Of a DNA stretch of 64,000 nt, positions 26,542 through 39,863 are shown one piece after another. Within the stretch, counting starts at the first letter, position 1; each line of letters starts with the position of its first letter. The translations under genes were made by a program, and so were the position numbers. The DNA lies in contig NW_014577085.1 of assembly GCF_000485595.1 (NCBI RefSeq), positions 147,138-211,137 on the forward strand, written 5' to 3'. The notes beneath the pieces were generated by a model. It ran no database searches and had not been told where the DNA came from. It was given only the letters and a program-made list of their open reading frames with translations. The stretch is from Priapulus caudatus. Lineage: Eukaryota.

Positions 26542-26544
26542 GAA

Positions 26545-26650
26545 ATGGGATGGGATGTGGTGCGATGGGATGGGATGGGATGGGATGGGATGGCATGGGA
26601 TGGGATGGCATGGAATGGGATGCATGGATGGATGCATGGATAGATAGATA
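26545..26650. repeat. (GGGAT)n pentanucleotide repeat abutting the assembly gap
   Basis: Direct inspection. Confidence 0.9.
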
Positions 26651-26669
26651 GTTAGATTTTTGGGTATCC

Positions 26670-27094
26670 CGCTGGTTTGAAATAAGGAAAAACTTTGCTT
26701 GTCCGACGGACAAGCTACAATATATTTGTGCTTGTCCTGCAAAATGTTTGCTTGTCCTGATTAATAACATAGAAATATAGTAAACGTGTAATACATTTAA
26801 TCAAATTAAATTTTAAACACAATATCTTACTTTGTAATTTTAATACAGTTCACTAACAGTTCAAATTGGGCACCAAACTTGAAAGATCATAAAGAAGCAC
26901 AATTATTTATTTTAAGTTATTACTTGTCATAACAATGTTGAAGCGATGCGGATGGTAGAAAATGATGAAAAATTGCTCTAAAAAGTTGCTCTAAAAAGCT
27001 GCTTGTCCAGCGGACAAGCTACTGGGCAGGTCTACTTGTCCTCCGTGGAAATGAACAAATGAGGACAAACGGATAGCCCTTATTTCGTACACTG
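26670..27094. mobile_element. Possible degenerate MITE with repeated CTTGTCC/GGACAAG subterminal motifs
   Basis: It has imperfect ends (...GAAATAAGG / CCTTATTTCGTACACTG) and TTGTCC/GGACAA motifs clustered near both ends. No TSD is seen. Confidence 0.4.
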
Positions 27095-29389
27095 TATATA
27101 TATGTATATATTATCGTGATGATGAAGCCAAACCGTCTGTGCGCTGTAATCACAGCCAATGCATCTGTTACTATTAACGCGGCTGTGCGAGTGTTACGAT
27201 GCAGCTAAATCTGGAGCTTTGTAAGATGTGCATATAACCAATAATGATCAATAACGACAGTACGGTTAGTTTCACATTGTTTCCTGTTTGCCCCTCTACG
27301 TGTGTACCCGACCGCAAGGTGAATAGTATATAGTATTTAAAGGCTAACGAGCTACTACAACGAATACTGCGAGTATAGAATGAGGAAATTTTAGCGAGAC
27401 CATCAACAATCATGGCATTTTGTGAAAATAACCGTTGTTTAACATACAAAGTGTTTTACCTATATGCGCGTGTATAGAGGAGAAAATAAGGCAGAAGATG
27501 CATCAACCGCTGCGCTCCACTTTATGCATAATTTCGTTCTCATAGCTCGAAGGCGTTTAATGTGTATAGTATTGCGTGTTATATGTGTTGTATGATGTAT
27601 TTATAGTTATTTATAGTAGGCGAAATGCATGGTCACATGCGGTGATAATTCGCGGTATCGCATGACGAGCCGGCGTAATTTGTTAAGAGCTAGGAGCTAA
27701 GAGCTATGAGCTAGGCATTGCTGTATCCGTCCCCCATATATATATATATATATATATATACAGATTCACAGCGTTAATCCTGCTATCGCCTGGAAAAGGA
27801 GCAGCGGCGATGGCCGGTTGATTGGTTTGCGGGGCTGCTGGAAGGGGAAACCAGTTCGAAGGGAACTTTGCACGCAATCCTGCTGCCGCTGCTAGTCACC
27901 GAGACCCAATTACCAGCGCGAATGTCGCGTGCATTGTTCACGTAAATTGACTCCTTTTACACCGTGTCGTCGTGCGCACCACCCCAGTACAGTACGACAG
28001 AGCTTCGTCATGCCCTATAGGCTTCAGTAATGCCGGCGTAATGGGCTGGCTTGTACGTGTGTGTGTGTGAATGTATGTGGGTGGGTTGGTGCTTTGGTGG
28101 GGAGCTAATATAATACGCACAGCGCGCATATTTATGGTTGTTGTGGGGGACTCGTGTGTTTATGCGTGTGCGCGTACGTGTGCGTGCGTTCGTGCGCGTG
28201 CGTAGCTTTGCGGGTCACTGCACATTTTTCCAATTGAGATTGCCTGCGTGTTTAGAGTATACACGTGTGCGTGCGTACGTGAGTGTTAGTTTGCCTGTAT
28301 GCCGCCTGTGTGCGGTAGTAAAAAAGAAAATGAGTTGGTTTGCCGAGAAGATGAAACTAAAATCTCGGTCTGCCTCTTTCAAGATCGTAAAAATATAAAT
28401 ACCGAATAAAAATAGCAGCAAAGAAATTCACTGCGTTCGGCGTGTATTCATGTACGTGGCGTATATATACCGTCACGATGAGCTGCTTCAGGCGACATTA
28501 AAGCTTTCCATCGTCTATTGGAGACGAGCTGAGATGAAAATAAAGGATGTCTGATGCCTGTATGTGAGGTACAAAGGAACACGCGTGATCTGAACCAGGA
28601 GTAAATTATTGACTGGAATTAGGTGCGTGTCATCAGAATCTACTTCAAAGAATAGGATTTGCTACTATATCTTCTCATATGGTTTCATTAACCGGGTTCG
28701 ATAACGCCCTTTATTAGATAGAAGAAAGATGATAGGCTTAATTTATATAAATCGAAAAATTGTTTCGTTATATCGTATGGAGGAGCGTCAACCAAAATAG
28801 CTGTCTAACCCAATGTAAAAGTGGTGCATTTTACCCCAACCATTAAAATAAAGCTATGAGGAGCGGCAGTTACAATATCGGAACACCTATTACAAAATAT
28901 ACTAAGTACATTTCCGTGAAAGATATTTACGTTGATACATTCACGAGCCCAAATGATCAAGATCGATTTTTTCGGAGTGGTCCAATTGATCTAGCTCGAA
29001 TGGCTTTAAATGTGTTGTCAGGCTGGTTACGAAATTTTTCAGCCGGTAAATTCAGCGTGACGCCACAAAATGTTTATCTCTGTCGAACCTTTTGTGTTGA
29101 ACATACTTTAAATTTTCCAACTTCGAAAATACGGTCCGCATCCTGAATTTAGTTGTCAAATTTACAAAATTCTGCGTAGGCGGATTTCCGCACGCAGAGT
29201 GTCCATAACGCAGGGGCTTACATCTTTTTGTCAGTAACCGGAAAAGCTCTGCATTCAAGGAATATAAAAAAAATTCTTCTATGACATTGTGGAAATTTTT
29301 CTCTACGGACACACATTAGACGCATTGAAGCCGACTGTGCGATCGTGATGCATGGTGATCGCCTGTCTGTAGTGCACGACTAGTCGACT

Positions 29390-29428
29390 ATTATATATAT
29401 ATATATATATATATCTGTGTGTGTCTGT

Positions 29429-29469
<41 letters not shown>

Positions 29470-29530
29470 TGTGCGTGCGCGTGTGAGTGCGCGTGCGCGT
29501 GTGCGTGTGCGTGGGTATACATGTGTGCGC
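29390..29530. repeat. (TA)n/(GT)n/(GTGC)n compound microsatellite
   Basis: Direct inspection. Confidence 0.9.
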
Positions 29531-29667
29531 GTGTGGAGCATGCGTGCAAGCCGACATGCGCGCATCCATGCATGTGCGCGGTTGTGTGTGCGGGTGCCCT
29601 GTTGTAAGCGCGTGCTCGCAGGAACGCGTGCTTGTTGTTTCGTGCGTAAATTGATTTCAAACGTCTG

Positions 29668-30255
29668 CACTGCAGATAATCTTAGTAACTAACAATACAC
29701 TTTTCACAATACAGAGTGTATTGTAGTAGGTACCTAACAACTGTGTATTTAAATTCAATTTCATTTTCAATAAATTCAATAAAATCAATCAAATAATTTC
29801 AATAAATTCATTTCAATAAATGTCAATTTCAAGTTTACAAATCAAAAAGTAAACTAATTAAAAAAAGAAAGAAAAAAAGAAAAGTGTATTGCTAGAAGGT
29901 GTTCAACAATAAACAGTATATTGTTGAAAGCTCATAGGTACCTACTACAATACACAGTGTATTGTTAGAAGGTGTTCAACAATACACAGTGTATTGTTGA
30001 AAGCTCGCTAACAATACACAGTCACAACACACACACACACACACAAAACACAAACAAACACACACACAGAAACACAACACACATACGATCCACGAGTATA
30101 AATCGTGGCCCCAGTAATCACTTAAAAGAATTGATAGCCTGCGTGACTGCCCGTGTACGTGCCTGTGAAATAACAATACACAGTTGTTATTTGTCAATAA
30201 CAAATGCCTAAACATACAACACACTGTGTATTGTTAGTTACCAGGATTATCTGCA
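29668..30255. mobile_element. Degenerate TIR element with subterminal AACAATACACAGTGTATTGTT repeats (CACTA/CMC-like)
   Basis: 30-bp TIR TGCAGATAATCTTAGTAACTAACAATACAC with 2 mismatches to the right end. The left end begins CACTG and the right terminus is eroded. Confidence 0.65.
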
Positions 30256-31391
30256 CGACAAGAAAGCAAGCTAGCTCAGCTGGTAGTTCTCGTTTGAACA
30301 CAGTACCTGTACGTACTACGTATAGAGTTCACGCAATAAGCCCCCCCCCCCTAATGATAGCATCTCGTGCCTTCAGCACTTAACTCTCATTGTGCCCGAG
30401 TATAAATCGTGGCCCCAGTAATCACTTAAAAGAATTGATAGCCTGCGTCACGTGACTGCCCGTGTACGTGCCCGTGCGATTTATAAATTCTTACGCACTA
30501 AGAGGAGGCGCCCATTAGCATTCGGTGTGACGCACACCAGTTCCTGATTGCATGCTGCAAACATTAGCAGCACGCATGCGTTTGTTAGCAGCGGTTTAGC
30601 GGCGCTGAATTTTCGACACATTATATATTGGTTACGAACGAAACATATTTGGACGAACAAACAGTAATTTATTGCCACTATTACGCAAAACGGACCTGAA
30701 TAAAGATGAATTATTGCTGTTTTTCAATCAAACGTAAACGTATTTTCTCTCGTATGGTTTCTTTGCGCGTAGAATGTTGGCGTTCCCTTCACGTAGACTA
30801 TTTGACATTCCGACTATAGCTCTTAACACTTTAGCCTTGAAATGTCAGCTTCGCGGAAGAAGAAAAAAACGCGGCCAGTGCTAATCGCTGCTCGGAGGAA
30901 GCGATTAATTATGATTAATTACATTCACAGCTATTAGCCGAGCTAAAATTATTCGTTGGCGCATGTTATTCAGGGGTGAACTACGTTGCAAAGCCGCAGG
31001 CGGGCAGGCAGGCAATATGCTCGCGTAGAATATCTATCGTCATGCTCGCATACTGAACATCGATTCCAGTCTAGGTTATCGAGTTGATATGCTATTGGAT
31101 TTCATACGGTAAAAAAGAAATCTCGCCGTCATGCATTTCGCAGATAGATTCCTTTGATAGGTACAGTTACGACGTAGCCGTTACGGTTGATGTAAAACTG
31201 GAGAATGAATTTGCAGTTTGTAGACGATTAGCGTTTTAGTGCAAGACCGTTTACTTATACGTGCCGCGTTTAATATCTAAGCTAATGTTTAATTAAGATG
31301 ATCGATCGTCAACATTTTTTCGGAAACACGAAGAAAGGCAGCGTTTAGCTAATGAAGCTTCACAATTTCATCGCACGAACCTCAGAAACTC

Positions 31392-31870
31392 CCACCGCTG
31401 CCATCGCCGCCCCGCGGCCGAACGCACCATCACCGCCACCGCACGCCCGGCCATTCACCGCCACGCCACCCGGCCATTACCGCCACACGCACCGCCCATG
31501 CGCATCACCTGCCACCGCACCCCCGCTCGCCACCGCCATCACCGCCACCGCACCGCCCCATGCCGCCATCACGCCACGCACCGCCACCGCCACCGCCATC
31601 ACCGCCCACCGCACCGCACCGCCCGGCCCTTCACGCGCCACCGCACCGCACCGCACCGCCATCACGCCACCGCACCGCCCATGCCGCCCAATCACCGCCA
31701 CCGCACCGCACCGCCACATGCCGCCACCGCACCGCCCCGGCCATTACCGCCACCGCACCGCCCCATGCCACCATCACCGCCACCGCACCGCCCCGGCCAA
31801 CGCTGCCACCGCCGCCGCTGCTGCCGCCACCACTACCGCCACCACCTCCGCGACCACCACCGCAACCAAT
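31392..31870. repeat. Degenerate ACCGCC/ACCGC-rich tandem repeat
   Basis: Direct inspection. Confidence 0.85.
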
Positions 31871-32307
31871 GCCCCCCCCCGTATTCCATCCTACTCCTAA
31901 ATCACAGACGGATTTTCGAGAATGAGTTCGCGGATGGCGCTTTACTCTCGCCGCGTGGCAGAGTAGAGTCGGGGCGACGCCGTCCGCGGCGAGGAAGCCG
32001 ACGGCAGCGAGCATAATTAGAGTCGAGATGGCGAGCGTCATCGTTAGCGCGTTCCGGCTCACCGCACACACGCTCCCTCCGTGTCATTGTGCAGTAACGC
32101 CCGCCACCGCCCCTGTCGCCTCCGCCGCTGCTGCTGCTGCTGCTGCTGCGCAAAGCTCGTCTAAATCACTGCGGATGCGCGCGGTCGAGTCTAAAGTGAA
32201 ATTGCCCAAATCTGTGCGTTTCTGTAGCGGCGCGCACGTAGGGCAACGATGTTGTCGAGCAAGATCGTAGCCGTGCTCCGCCTTGTAACCTTTTATAGTA
32301 TGTAAAT

Positions 32308-32311
32308 AGTT

Positions 32312-32342
<31 letters not shown>

Positions 32343-32640
32343 TGGTAGTGGTAGTAGTAGTGGTAGTGGTAGTGGTAGTGGTAGTGGTAGTGGTAGTGGT
32401 AGTGGTATAGTGTTAGTGGTAGTGGTAGTGGTAGTAGTATAGTAGTGGTAGTAGTGGTAGTGGTAGTGGTAGTGGTAGTGGTAGTGGTAGTGGTAGTGGT
32501 AGTGGTAGTGGTAGTGGTAGTAGTGGTAGTAATAGTGGTAGTGGTAGTGGTAGTGGTAGCGGCGGTAGCAGTAGCGGTAGTGGCGGCGGTGGTGGCGGTA
32601 GCAGTAGTAGTAGCAGCAGCAGTAGTATTGGCAGTTGCAG
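32308..32640. repeat. (GTA)n/(GTAGTG)n microsatellite
   Basis: Direct inspection. Confidence 0.95.
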
Positions 32641-32674
32641 TACAAGCAGTAGTACCTATAGTACGTATAGTATG

Positions 32675-33030
32675 CAGGGTGCGAAATTAACGGGAGTCCG
32701 GAGTCAAATACTCCCTGATTTACTGTCGGACTCCCTGATTTGACATAGCTATGCAGGAGTCCGTGTGACTCCCTGAAAATTCTGCCATACTAACTAGTTC
32801 GTTCCAGAGCACGGCCTCGCGGAATGACCATATTTTTTCAGCTAATGTTCAAAGAAAATTTGGCAGACGTGCAACCGCATGAATCTTAAAAATAAGCACA
32901 TGCGTTATTGTAAAATATCTTTAATTTTGAACTTCAGACTGCGGACTCCCTCATTTTGCTGCGGACTCCTTCTTTTTGAGGGTAGGGAGTCCGTTGGACT
33001 CCCGTGTTTAAAAGTTAATTTCTACCCCTG
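32675..33030. mobile_element. MITE with CAGGG termini and subterminal GGAGTCC/GACTCC motifs
   Basis: TIRs are CAGGGTGCGAAATTAAC / GTTAATTTCTACCCCTG. GTATG is directly repeated on both flanks (32670-32674, 33031-33035). Confidence 0.75.
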
Positions 33031-33127
33031 GTATGTATAGTATACGTACAGTAGTAGTAAGTATAGTAAATAGATAATATATAGAGTGCAATTATAACCG
33101 GTATCTCTCTCTCTCTCTTCCCCTCGC

Positions 33128-33372
33128 CGCTCGGGTGGTATCACACCTTCTGCTTTCTCGGGTTGTATCTAACCTTCTGCTTTCTCGGGTTGTATCTAAC
33201 CTTCTGCTTTCTCGGGTTGTATCTAACCTTCTGCTTTCTCAGGTTGTATCAGATTCAAACCTTCTGCTTTCTCGGGTGGTATCACACCTTCTGCTTTCTC
33301 GGGTTGTATCTAACCTTCTGCTTTCTCGGGTTGTATCTAACCTTCTGCTTTCTCGGGTTTTAACCTTCTGTC
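33128..33372. repeat. 27-bp minisatellite, about 9 copies
   Basis: Unit CTCGGGTTGTATCTAACCTTCTGCTTT. Confidence 0.95.
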
Positions 33373-33374
33373 TT

Positions 33375-33800
33375 GACCCCTCCTCCCCCCAGCCTTCAGT
33401 GAGTGTGTGACACGTGGGCACTGTGTGTGGCCCGCCTACCACCTCCTCCCCCCGCCTTCCGTGAGTGTGTGATACAAGGGCACAGTGTGTGTGTGTGTAG
33501 CCCGCCTACGACCCCTCCCCCGCCTTCCGTGAGTGTGTAAGACCACAGTGTGTGTAAGTGTAGCTACCACGCCTCCCTCCGCCTTCAGTGAGTGTTGCAT
33601 GGGTACATGGGCACAGTGTGTGCGGCCCGCCTAGCTACCACGCCTCCCTCCGCCTTCAGTGAGTGTTGCATGGGTACATGGGCACAGTGTGTGCGGCCCG
33701 CCTACCTACCACCCCCTCCCACCCGCCTTCAGTGAGTGTATAAGCGCACAGCGTGTGCGGCCCGCCTACCACCCCCTCCCCCGCCTTGAGTGTAACACGC
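33375..33800. repeat. Degenerate ~60-70-bp minisatellite
   Basis: Recurring CCGCCTTC(A/C)GTGAGTGT...GGGCACAGTGTGTG.GGCCCGCCTAC. Confidence 0.85.
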
Positions 33801-34730
33801 GACTACGATGTGCGGCCGCTAATGACGTCTCCGTCGCCGACTAACTCGTCGCGTAGGTGTGCGGAAGCGGCGGCAGCGGCGGCAGCGGGCCGCGCGTAAC
33901 GACACGCAACCTCAGGTTTGTCACGCTGTCACGCCCTCCCACGCTGAGCTCGTTCACTCTATAGTCACGCACGTACGTGCCGCGGCGGCTGCGTGCGTGC
34001 TTGCTGCTGCTGCTGCAATGATTTTCTTGACATTTTGACAAATGCGTTAAAGATGTTCGCGTGTTAGTGGGCGTAAATCGTACACCGTACTCGTTTTGCT
34101 GCGTAACGGCAGGTCTTCTATGTATAGGCAGGCAGGATTCATTCGCTTCGAGCACTTCTTCATTCGTGCACGGCGAAATGTAAGGATCGCGCCAGAATGC
34201 TGCTTGATAGTAGGATGAGAAGTGAAATGCCATCAGCGTTTGTTACCGCGTGGCGTCTTAATTGGAATAACACAATTTGGCACCACATCGTTTAGACAGC
34301 CTACATATAGACATGTAATTAAAACCGCTCGGAATGTTCCCAATAGAACAGTAATTTGCTTGGCAGTTTGAACATCTTCACGACTTCATCTGCACGAATT
34401 TCGGCTGATAGATGAATACGATCGCGAATTTAAGCGATCAAATAACGACGCAAACGATAACAGTAGAACTGGGCAAGCGCCAAATGCTGCCTGAGTAATG
34501 TAGATAATAAATGGTTTAAATAAATTCTGTATAATGTTCTAATGAATAAACTTTGAATAATGAAATTTAGCTTGTTTCATTGTAGAGAAGCCATGTTAAC
34601 AATCACATTAGGATGTCCACGTCGTCAGCATGTGAACGCTGCTGTCATAGTACGTTTTTCAAAACACAGTCTGTCAACATTTGCTGAATAATATGTTATG
34701 AAAGCAACAATACAAATGAGTTTAAATGCA

Positions 34731-35560
34731 TTTTTAGCACAGCTTGACATCGTCAAGCTGAGCTATTGCCATGGGTCGTCGTCCGTCGTACGTCCGTCCG
34801 TCCGTCCGTCCGACCGTCCGTTCGTTCGTCCGTTCGTCAACATTTGGCTACGGTCAATGATAACTCAGGAACCGTTTGACCCACATGTTTGAAATTGGGT
34901 ATAGTTGTTACTGCTATGCTCCCATATTAAACGTCCTATTTTGGAGAACGCCAGTCGACGTACTTTCGAGCCACGGCAATTTTTTGGCAAAAATGGGAAT
35001 TGCCATTAGTCAGTTCAGGATTTTGCTAATTTTTGGTATGTGAATGAATAAGGGCTAGGGGTTTTGATATTTAAAAAATAAATTATGCAAATTAGGTAGG
35101 TTTTGGCAATTATATAGCATATTATATAGACACGGAGATAACAAACAGTCTGTGGTGTCACACTCGTCTGGTTCGTTTTACAAGATTTCATTGACAATAT
35201 CTTTAATGCAAAATTCCTGCTATGAACATATTATGATTTATACTATTATTATTATATTATTATTATTATGATATAATGATTTATGCCAAGAAACATCAAA
35301 GCGGGTCTAGCGCCATCTACCGTCACAAATTGTGATTTATTTTGGTTTATAAATTATTTATAATCTATATATAATATTATTTATTATTTTCACAAAAAAT
35401 TACACATAATTATCAAGAGTATATAATGGGAGTTCTCCCATATATACTCTTCGTTTCTATAATGTACGTCGATGGTTGCTCAATTAAAACTGACTTCTTC
35501 TCACTCACTCATTTGTGTTCTTTTTTGTGGTGAGCTACAGTGTCATTGACACTTTCATTT
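34731..35560 (+). mobile_element. Second copy of the same HINE/Helentron-like family (single internal unit)
   Basis: It has the same 5' end (TTTTTAGCACAGCTTGACATCGTCAAG, then GTCC repeats), the same internal unit and the same 3' end (GGTGAGCTACAGTGTCATTGACACTTTCATTT) as 53163-54409. Confidence 0.85.
35414..35452. mobile_element. Degenerate palindrome of the same class inside a HINE-like element
   Basis: CAAGAGTATATAATGGGAGTTCTCCCATATATACTCTT. No TSD is preserved. Confidence 0.55.
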
Positions 35561-35711
35561 AGGGTCACAATACGTACGTCCAAACAATTTGTTGCCATTT
35601 TACGTGCGTGGGTTTTTGCATGTCGACGGAACGTAGTCATTTAGCACGCGTGCCTTCTTTGTCTGGCGCACGCCCTGTCACCTTCCCGCGGATGCTGGCG
35701 TTAGTGGACAC

Positions 35712-35749
<38 letters not shown>

Positions 35750-37918
35750 CGTGTGTGTCAGTATCGACAGTGTGACGCCTACGTAGCGGGCATCTGATGC
35801 AGATCCGCCGAGTAAAGAGATTACGGCGAGACGTCTGGAACTGAATTAGAGCTAGTGGATCTTGCTAACGTGTGTCCAATTCAAATCTGAAACCTGCGAC
35901 GAATTCTTTCTTTACGGGCTGATTGTCGGAGAATGTCCTTCATTAAGCAGTCCCGTGTTAGCGGGGCGGAACTACGATGACGTGCGCGATGACATAATAT
36001 CACATTAGCTACCCACGCACGCCGAGCGCTCAGCGCCGCATGTAGATCTCCGACTTGTCTCGTTATTATCTCCGTCGGCGTTAATCAGAGGGGCGACTGT
36101 CAGCGCGCGAACATGCTGCTGTCACGAGTTGATTGCGCGCGAGCTGAGGGAGGAGAAGAAGCCTGCGCGTGGCTTCAGTAGCCTGCCGCCTTGCTGCCGC
36201 ACCGCGCACCCGTCATAGCGCACGCAGTGTTAATTAATGAGGAAATGGGTTATGAGGTGTAATTTTAATTGTAGCGTCGAGCATGTAAGCTGCGAGCAGC
36301 TGCAGCGGCAGGGTCTGATGGCTGGTCGTCACGCAAAGCTATCGGGGCGGTGTCCTATAGCAGCACACTTATATATGCTAATGATGTAATGCAGCGTGAG
36401 CGCTAGCGGGTGTGCTCAGCCGACCAACACGCAGGCTTCCCGCTGAGTGGCGCACGCGGAGTAGTGGTCACTGTCGATTTTAGCTAGCTTCCTCTCTATT
36501 AATACGCACTGTAATCTCAGTTTGGCTTCCTTCATTATCGTTACAGCAGGTAGTTAGTAAGATGCAGTCGCAGCCACGATGCGAGTTCAGCTTCCTTCGT
36601 ATCGCAGAGCTATAGTTGAACTAATCACCGTTATATCTCGCAATGGAGGTGAAGTATGGCTAGCTCAGGTGATTTCTCTTCATTTGTTATAGATTTAATT
36701 GTTCTTGAGTAGGCCATACAGTGTGACTGAACTTTTGGGAAGAGTTGTTTAATACTGCCCGTATGTTAAAGAGCAGAAATACTATAGAATTTGAGAGTAT
36801 ATCGCGAATTGTAGTTACATTTATAAAAATTATACCTAAATAATATATAACTGAACGACACACATACATACAATATTTTCATTTTCATTACGTTTACAAT
36901 AAATTCATGCATAACATAATTGAAACTATTAGTGAAATATACTATATTTAAACCCTTCTCTTCCTCTTCTCAACTTGAAAATAAGAAACGCCCTCGCTCT
37001 GTAGGCTGCGCGTGACAAGCTGCGTAGCACATGTATGACTTCGTTAGTGGATGCGGATGCAGAGGGATGGGCCGCAGGCGATGTCAGCTAACGACCATCG
37101 ACAGTTTTGAAAACGTTGAAGATGTTTTTAGTGAATATTAAACTACAGTAATGTTTAGCATGTAGTTTAATTTAGACCAGGTTTAACTGAATACATGCAG
37201 TACAATATACAGTAATGGTCTCCTTTAAGCCCAGAACTTGGATCATTACCATTGTTGCTTTTGCCCGTGAAAAATGAATGTTGAAAGATATTATGTCGTT
37301 TTTATCGAACGAAAAACAAGTCTAGAATGATTTTATGGCGATCGCCACAGCGACAGCTATGAATTTATGGCTAATTATGCTGTAGTTTAGCACCCCATTA
37401 TTACGGTCACTGGCAGCAGTATGTATAGGGAACGTCAAAGCTAGTGCTAAGACGTACAAGATAACCACGGGAATTCCACATTCATTTCCTTAGATATTGC
37501 AGGTTTTGGTCAATATTTAGCCGTCTTTAAGTCTTTTAACGAATAACGCCAAGGTGTTATGTCAAGTCACCGTGGTGTTTGTTCAGCTTCCTTGTTGTAA
37601 TATTTGTTTGTTTGCTTGTATGTTCGCTTGTCTGTTTTATCTCTTGCTTGCTTCTTGTCGGATATTTCTTATTCGGATTCTTATGATGATATCAACTATC
37701 AGTGACCACGATGGGATTGAATTTCATTTGTAGTAGTCGCAACGTCTATGGAATAGTGTTCATGCTGTCCGCCTGTCATTCGCTATTACGGTCGCAGCGT
37801 GCGGTACAACTGTCTTGTGTGTCAGTGTTGTCAGCAGTGACCGACTGACTATAATATAGGCAGTGATTAGTGCTAGCGCGCGTGGTTGAGCGTAGGCAGG
37901 CTTGATGCAGTCCGGTCG

Positions 37919-38540
37919 GGGGCCCGTTGTCAGAAACAAATTAGTCTTAACATTAACCATTAACTTTTAAACTTTTTCTCTTAGAGCGTTGACAGAAACT
38001 TCGTAAAGTTAAGAGAATTAAAAATTACAATTACAATTATAGTGATATTATATTTAATAATAATGAATAAAAATTTTTTTCTTGAAAAACACTTCAAAAT
38101 CATTAATTATCTACTGCTAATAAAACAAAACAATACATTTACAAATGGCGTATGGCATTTGTTCTCTTGTTTTAAATGCTTGCCATGCTTGCCACGACTC
38201 TCGCGGCTCGTGTTACAGTCTGAGAACTTGTCTTGTTGTGCAGAATAAATTCATGACCACGTCATTTTTCATCAAATATTATGTATATATGGTTAGCCAT
38301 CTTAATGTGCATAAATTACTGTGATGTACAATAAATGTGTATGAATTTGAATTTTGTGATCGATTCTCATCCAATCAGCAGACTTGTGACAGGAAGTTAT
38401 GAAGTTCCTGTTAGCGTGAGTTTTCACTTAAGTAAGTTTAGTTACGATAGGTTTCTGTCAACGCTATTAACTTTTCTCGTAACATTAACATTAGACTTAA
38501 AATTAATCGTAACTTTACGAAGTTTCTAACAACGGGCCCC
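37919..38540. mobile_element. MITE with GGGGCCCGTT termini (PIF/Harbinger-like)
   Basis: 19-bp TIR GGGGCCCGTTGTCAGAAAC / GTTTCTAACAACGGGCCCC with one mismatch. A related copy lies at 49986-50249. Confidence 0.75.
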
Positions 38541-38614
38541 TGCTCGCGCCGTCGTATCAGTAATGCTTCGCCGTCCGTCGGTGATCGAGTCGCACGCAGG
38601 TCGTAGGAGGAAGC

Positions 38615-39430
38615 CAGGCTGTCGCTGCTGCTGACACTGCCGCTGTCAGTGCTACTGTCGCTGCTGCTGACACTGCTGCTGTCAGTGCTGCTGTTGCTGC
38701 TCCGACGTCAAGTTGCTGAATCGTTATCGCCTGCATCAGCCCGCCTCGACACTACTGCGCTACGGAGCCTCGGCGCACTACTGCTCGTTGGCCGTGGCGC
38801 GCGGTTCCGACCAAGCCTGCTGCTCTCCGACCCGCTGACTCGCAGTCCCTACACGCAGTAGTTGTAGCTGACCGCGACGGCTGTCGTTGCCTTGGCTGTC
38901 GCTGCTGTTGTCGCTGTGTTTGTCGTGCTTACTGATCGCTGCTGCTGTCGCTGCCTGCCTGTCGCTGCTGTTGACATTCCTGCTCTCGTCCATCGGCGCT
39001 TCAGCTCTGCGACTTTCGCTGCTGTTGTCGTTCTGCTCGCTGTCCAGTCTTCTTGGTGTCGCTCCTGCTGTTGCCACTGGCTGTCTGTCGTTGCTGCTGT
39101 CGCTGCTGGTTGTCCGCTGCTCCCCGTTGTCGTTGTCTACTCGTCTCTGCTGCTGTCGCTGGGCTGCCTGTCGCTGCTGTGCCCTGCTGCTCGCCACGCT
39201 ACGGCGTGTCGCCTGCGACTTTCAGCTGGCTGTTTGCTTCGCTGCTGAGCGCAGCTTCCCGGACAGTCATTGACTGGAGTGTCCGCTGCTCGTACTGACC
39301 ACTCGCTTCGCGTTCCGACGTCGCTGTCTGCTGCGGTGCGCGAGCTAGCAGACCTGCTGTTGTCGCTGCTTCTCCATGCGTTTGCGGCTCGTCGATGGAG
39401 CGCTACTGCGTCTCGCTGCTGTATGCTGCC
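38615..39430. repeat. Degenerate GCTGTCGCTGCT-rich repeat
   Basis: Recurring CTGTCGCTGCTG motifs with many indels. Confidence 0.75.
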
Positions 39431-39863
39431 AGTTTCTATCGGTGTTGTCACCTGGCGGCTGTACGCTGCTCGGCCAGACCGCGACTGCGTCCGCATGCGG
39501 CCCCCGGAACGCTCAGCTCCCTGCCCCTCACCTTCTCCGCTCGCTTCGTGGAATTAAAGCCAGCGTTTCTTCATTAGCTCGTCCGCCATCGTGTCGCCCC
39601 AGACACTGTGGGACAGCGGCGCGCTTTTGCACCGTTGCGATGTCATGCGTTGTTCTCGCCCAGCGCGTGCGCCCCCCCCCCTCCTCTAGCGTGTCGATCG
39701 TGGTAAAGAAACCCTCGTCGCGTCATGGCAACGTGCAGTTTAGAGGAATACTTTTATGTTAGTGGATAGTTGAATGGAACTTCGACTCAACGATACTCTC
39801 TTAGCGAATCCTGCGCAGTTTAACAGAGATGGGAGCAACGATAACAGTCGCTGCTCCGCCTGT

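Noticed and set aside
31900..32041. Minus-strand signal-peptide-like MTLAISTLIMLAAVGFLAADG
   Set aside because: The GC-rich context makes hydrophobic Ala/Leu runs likely by chance, the donor is weak and the frame runs into a repeat.
33128..33372. Possible CRISPR-like array
   Set aside because: The 27-bp repeats are head-to-tail with no unique spacers, there are no cas genes and the context is eukaryotic.
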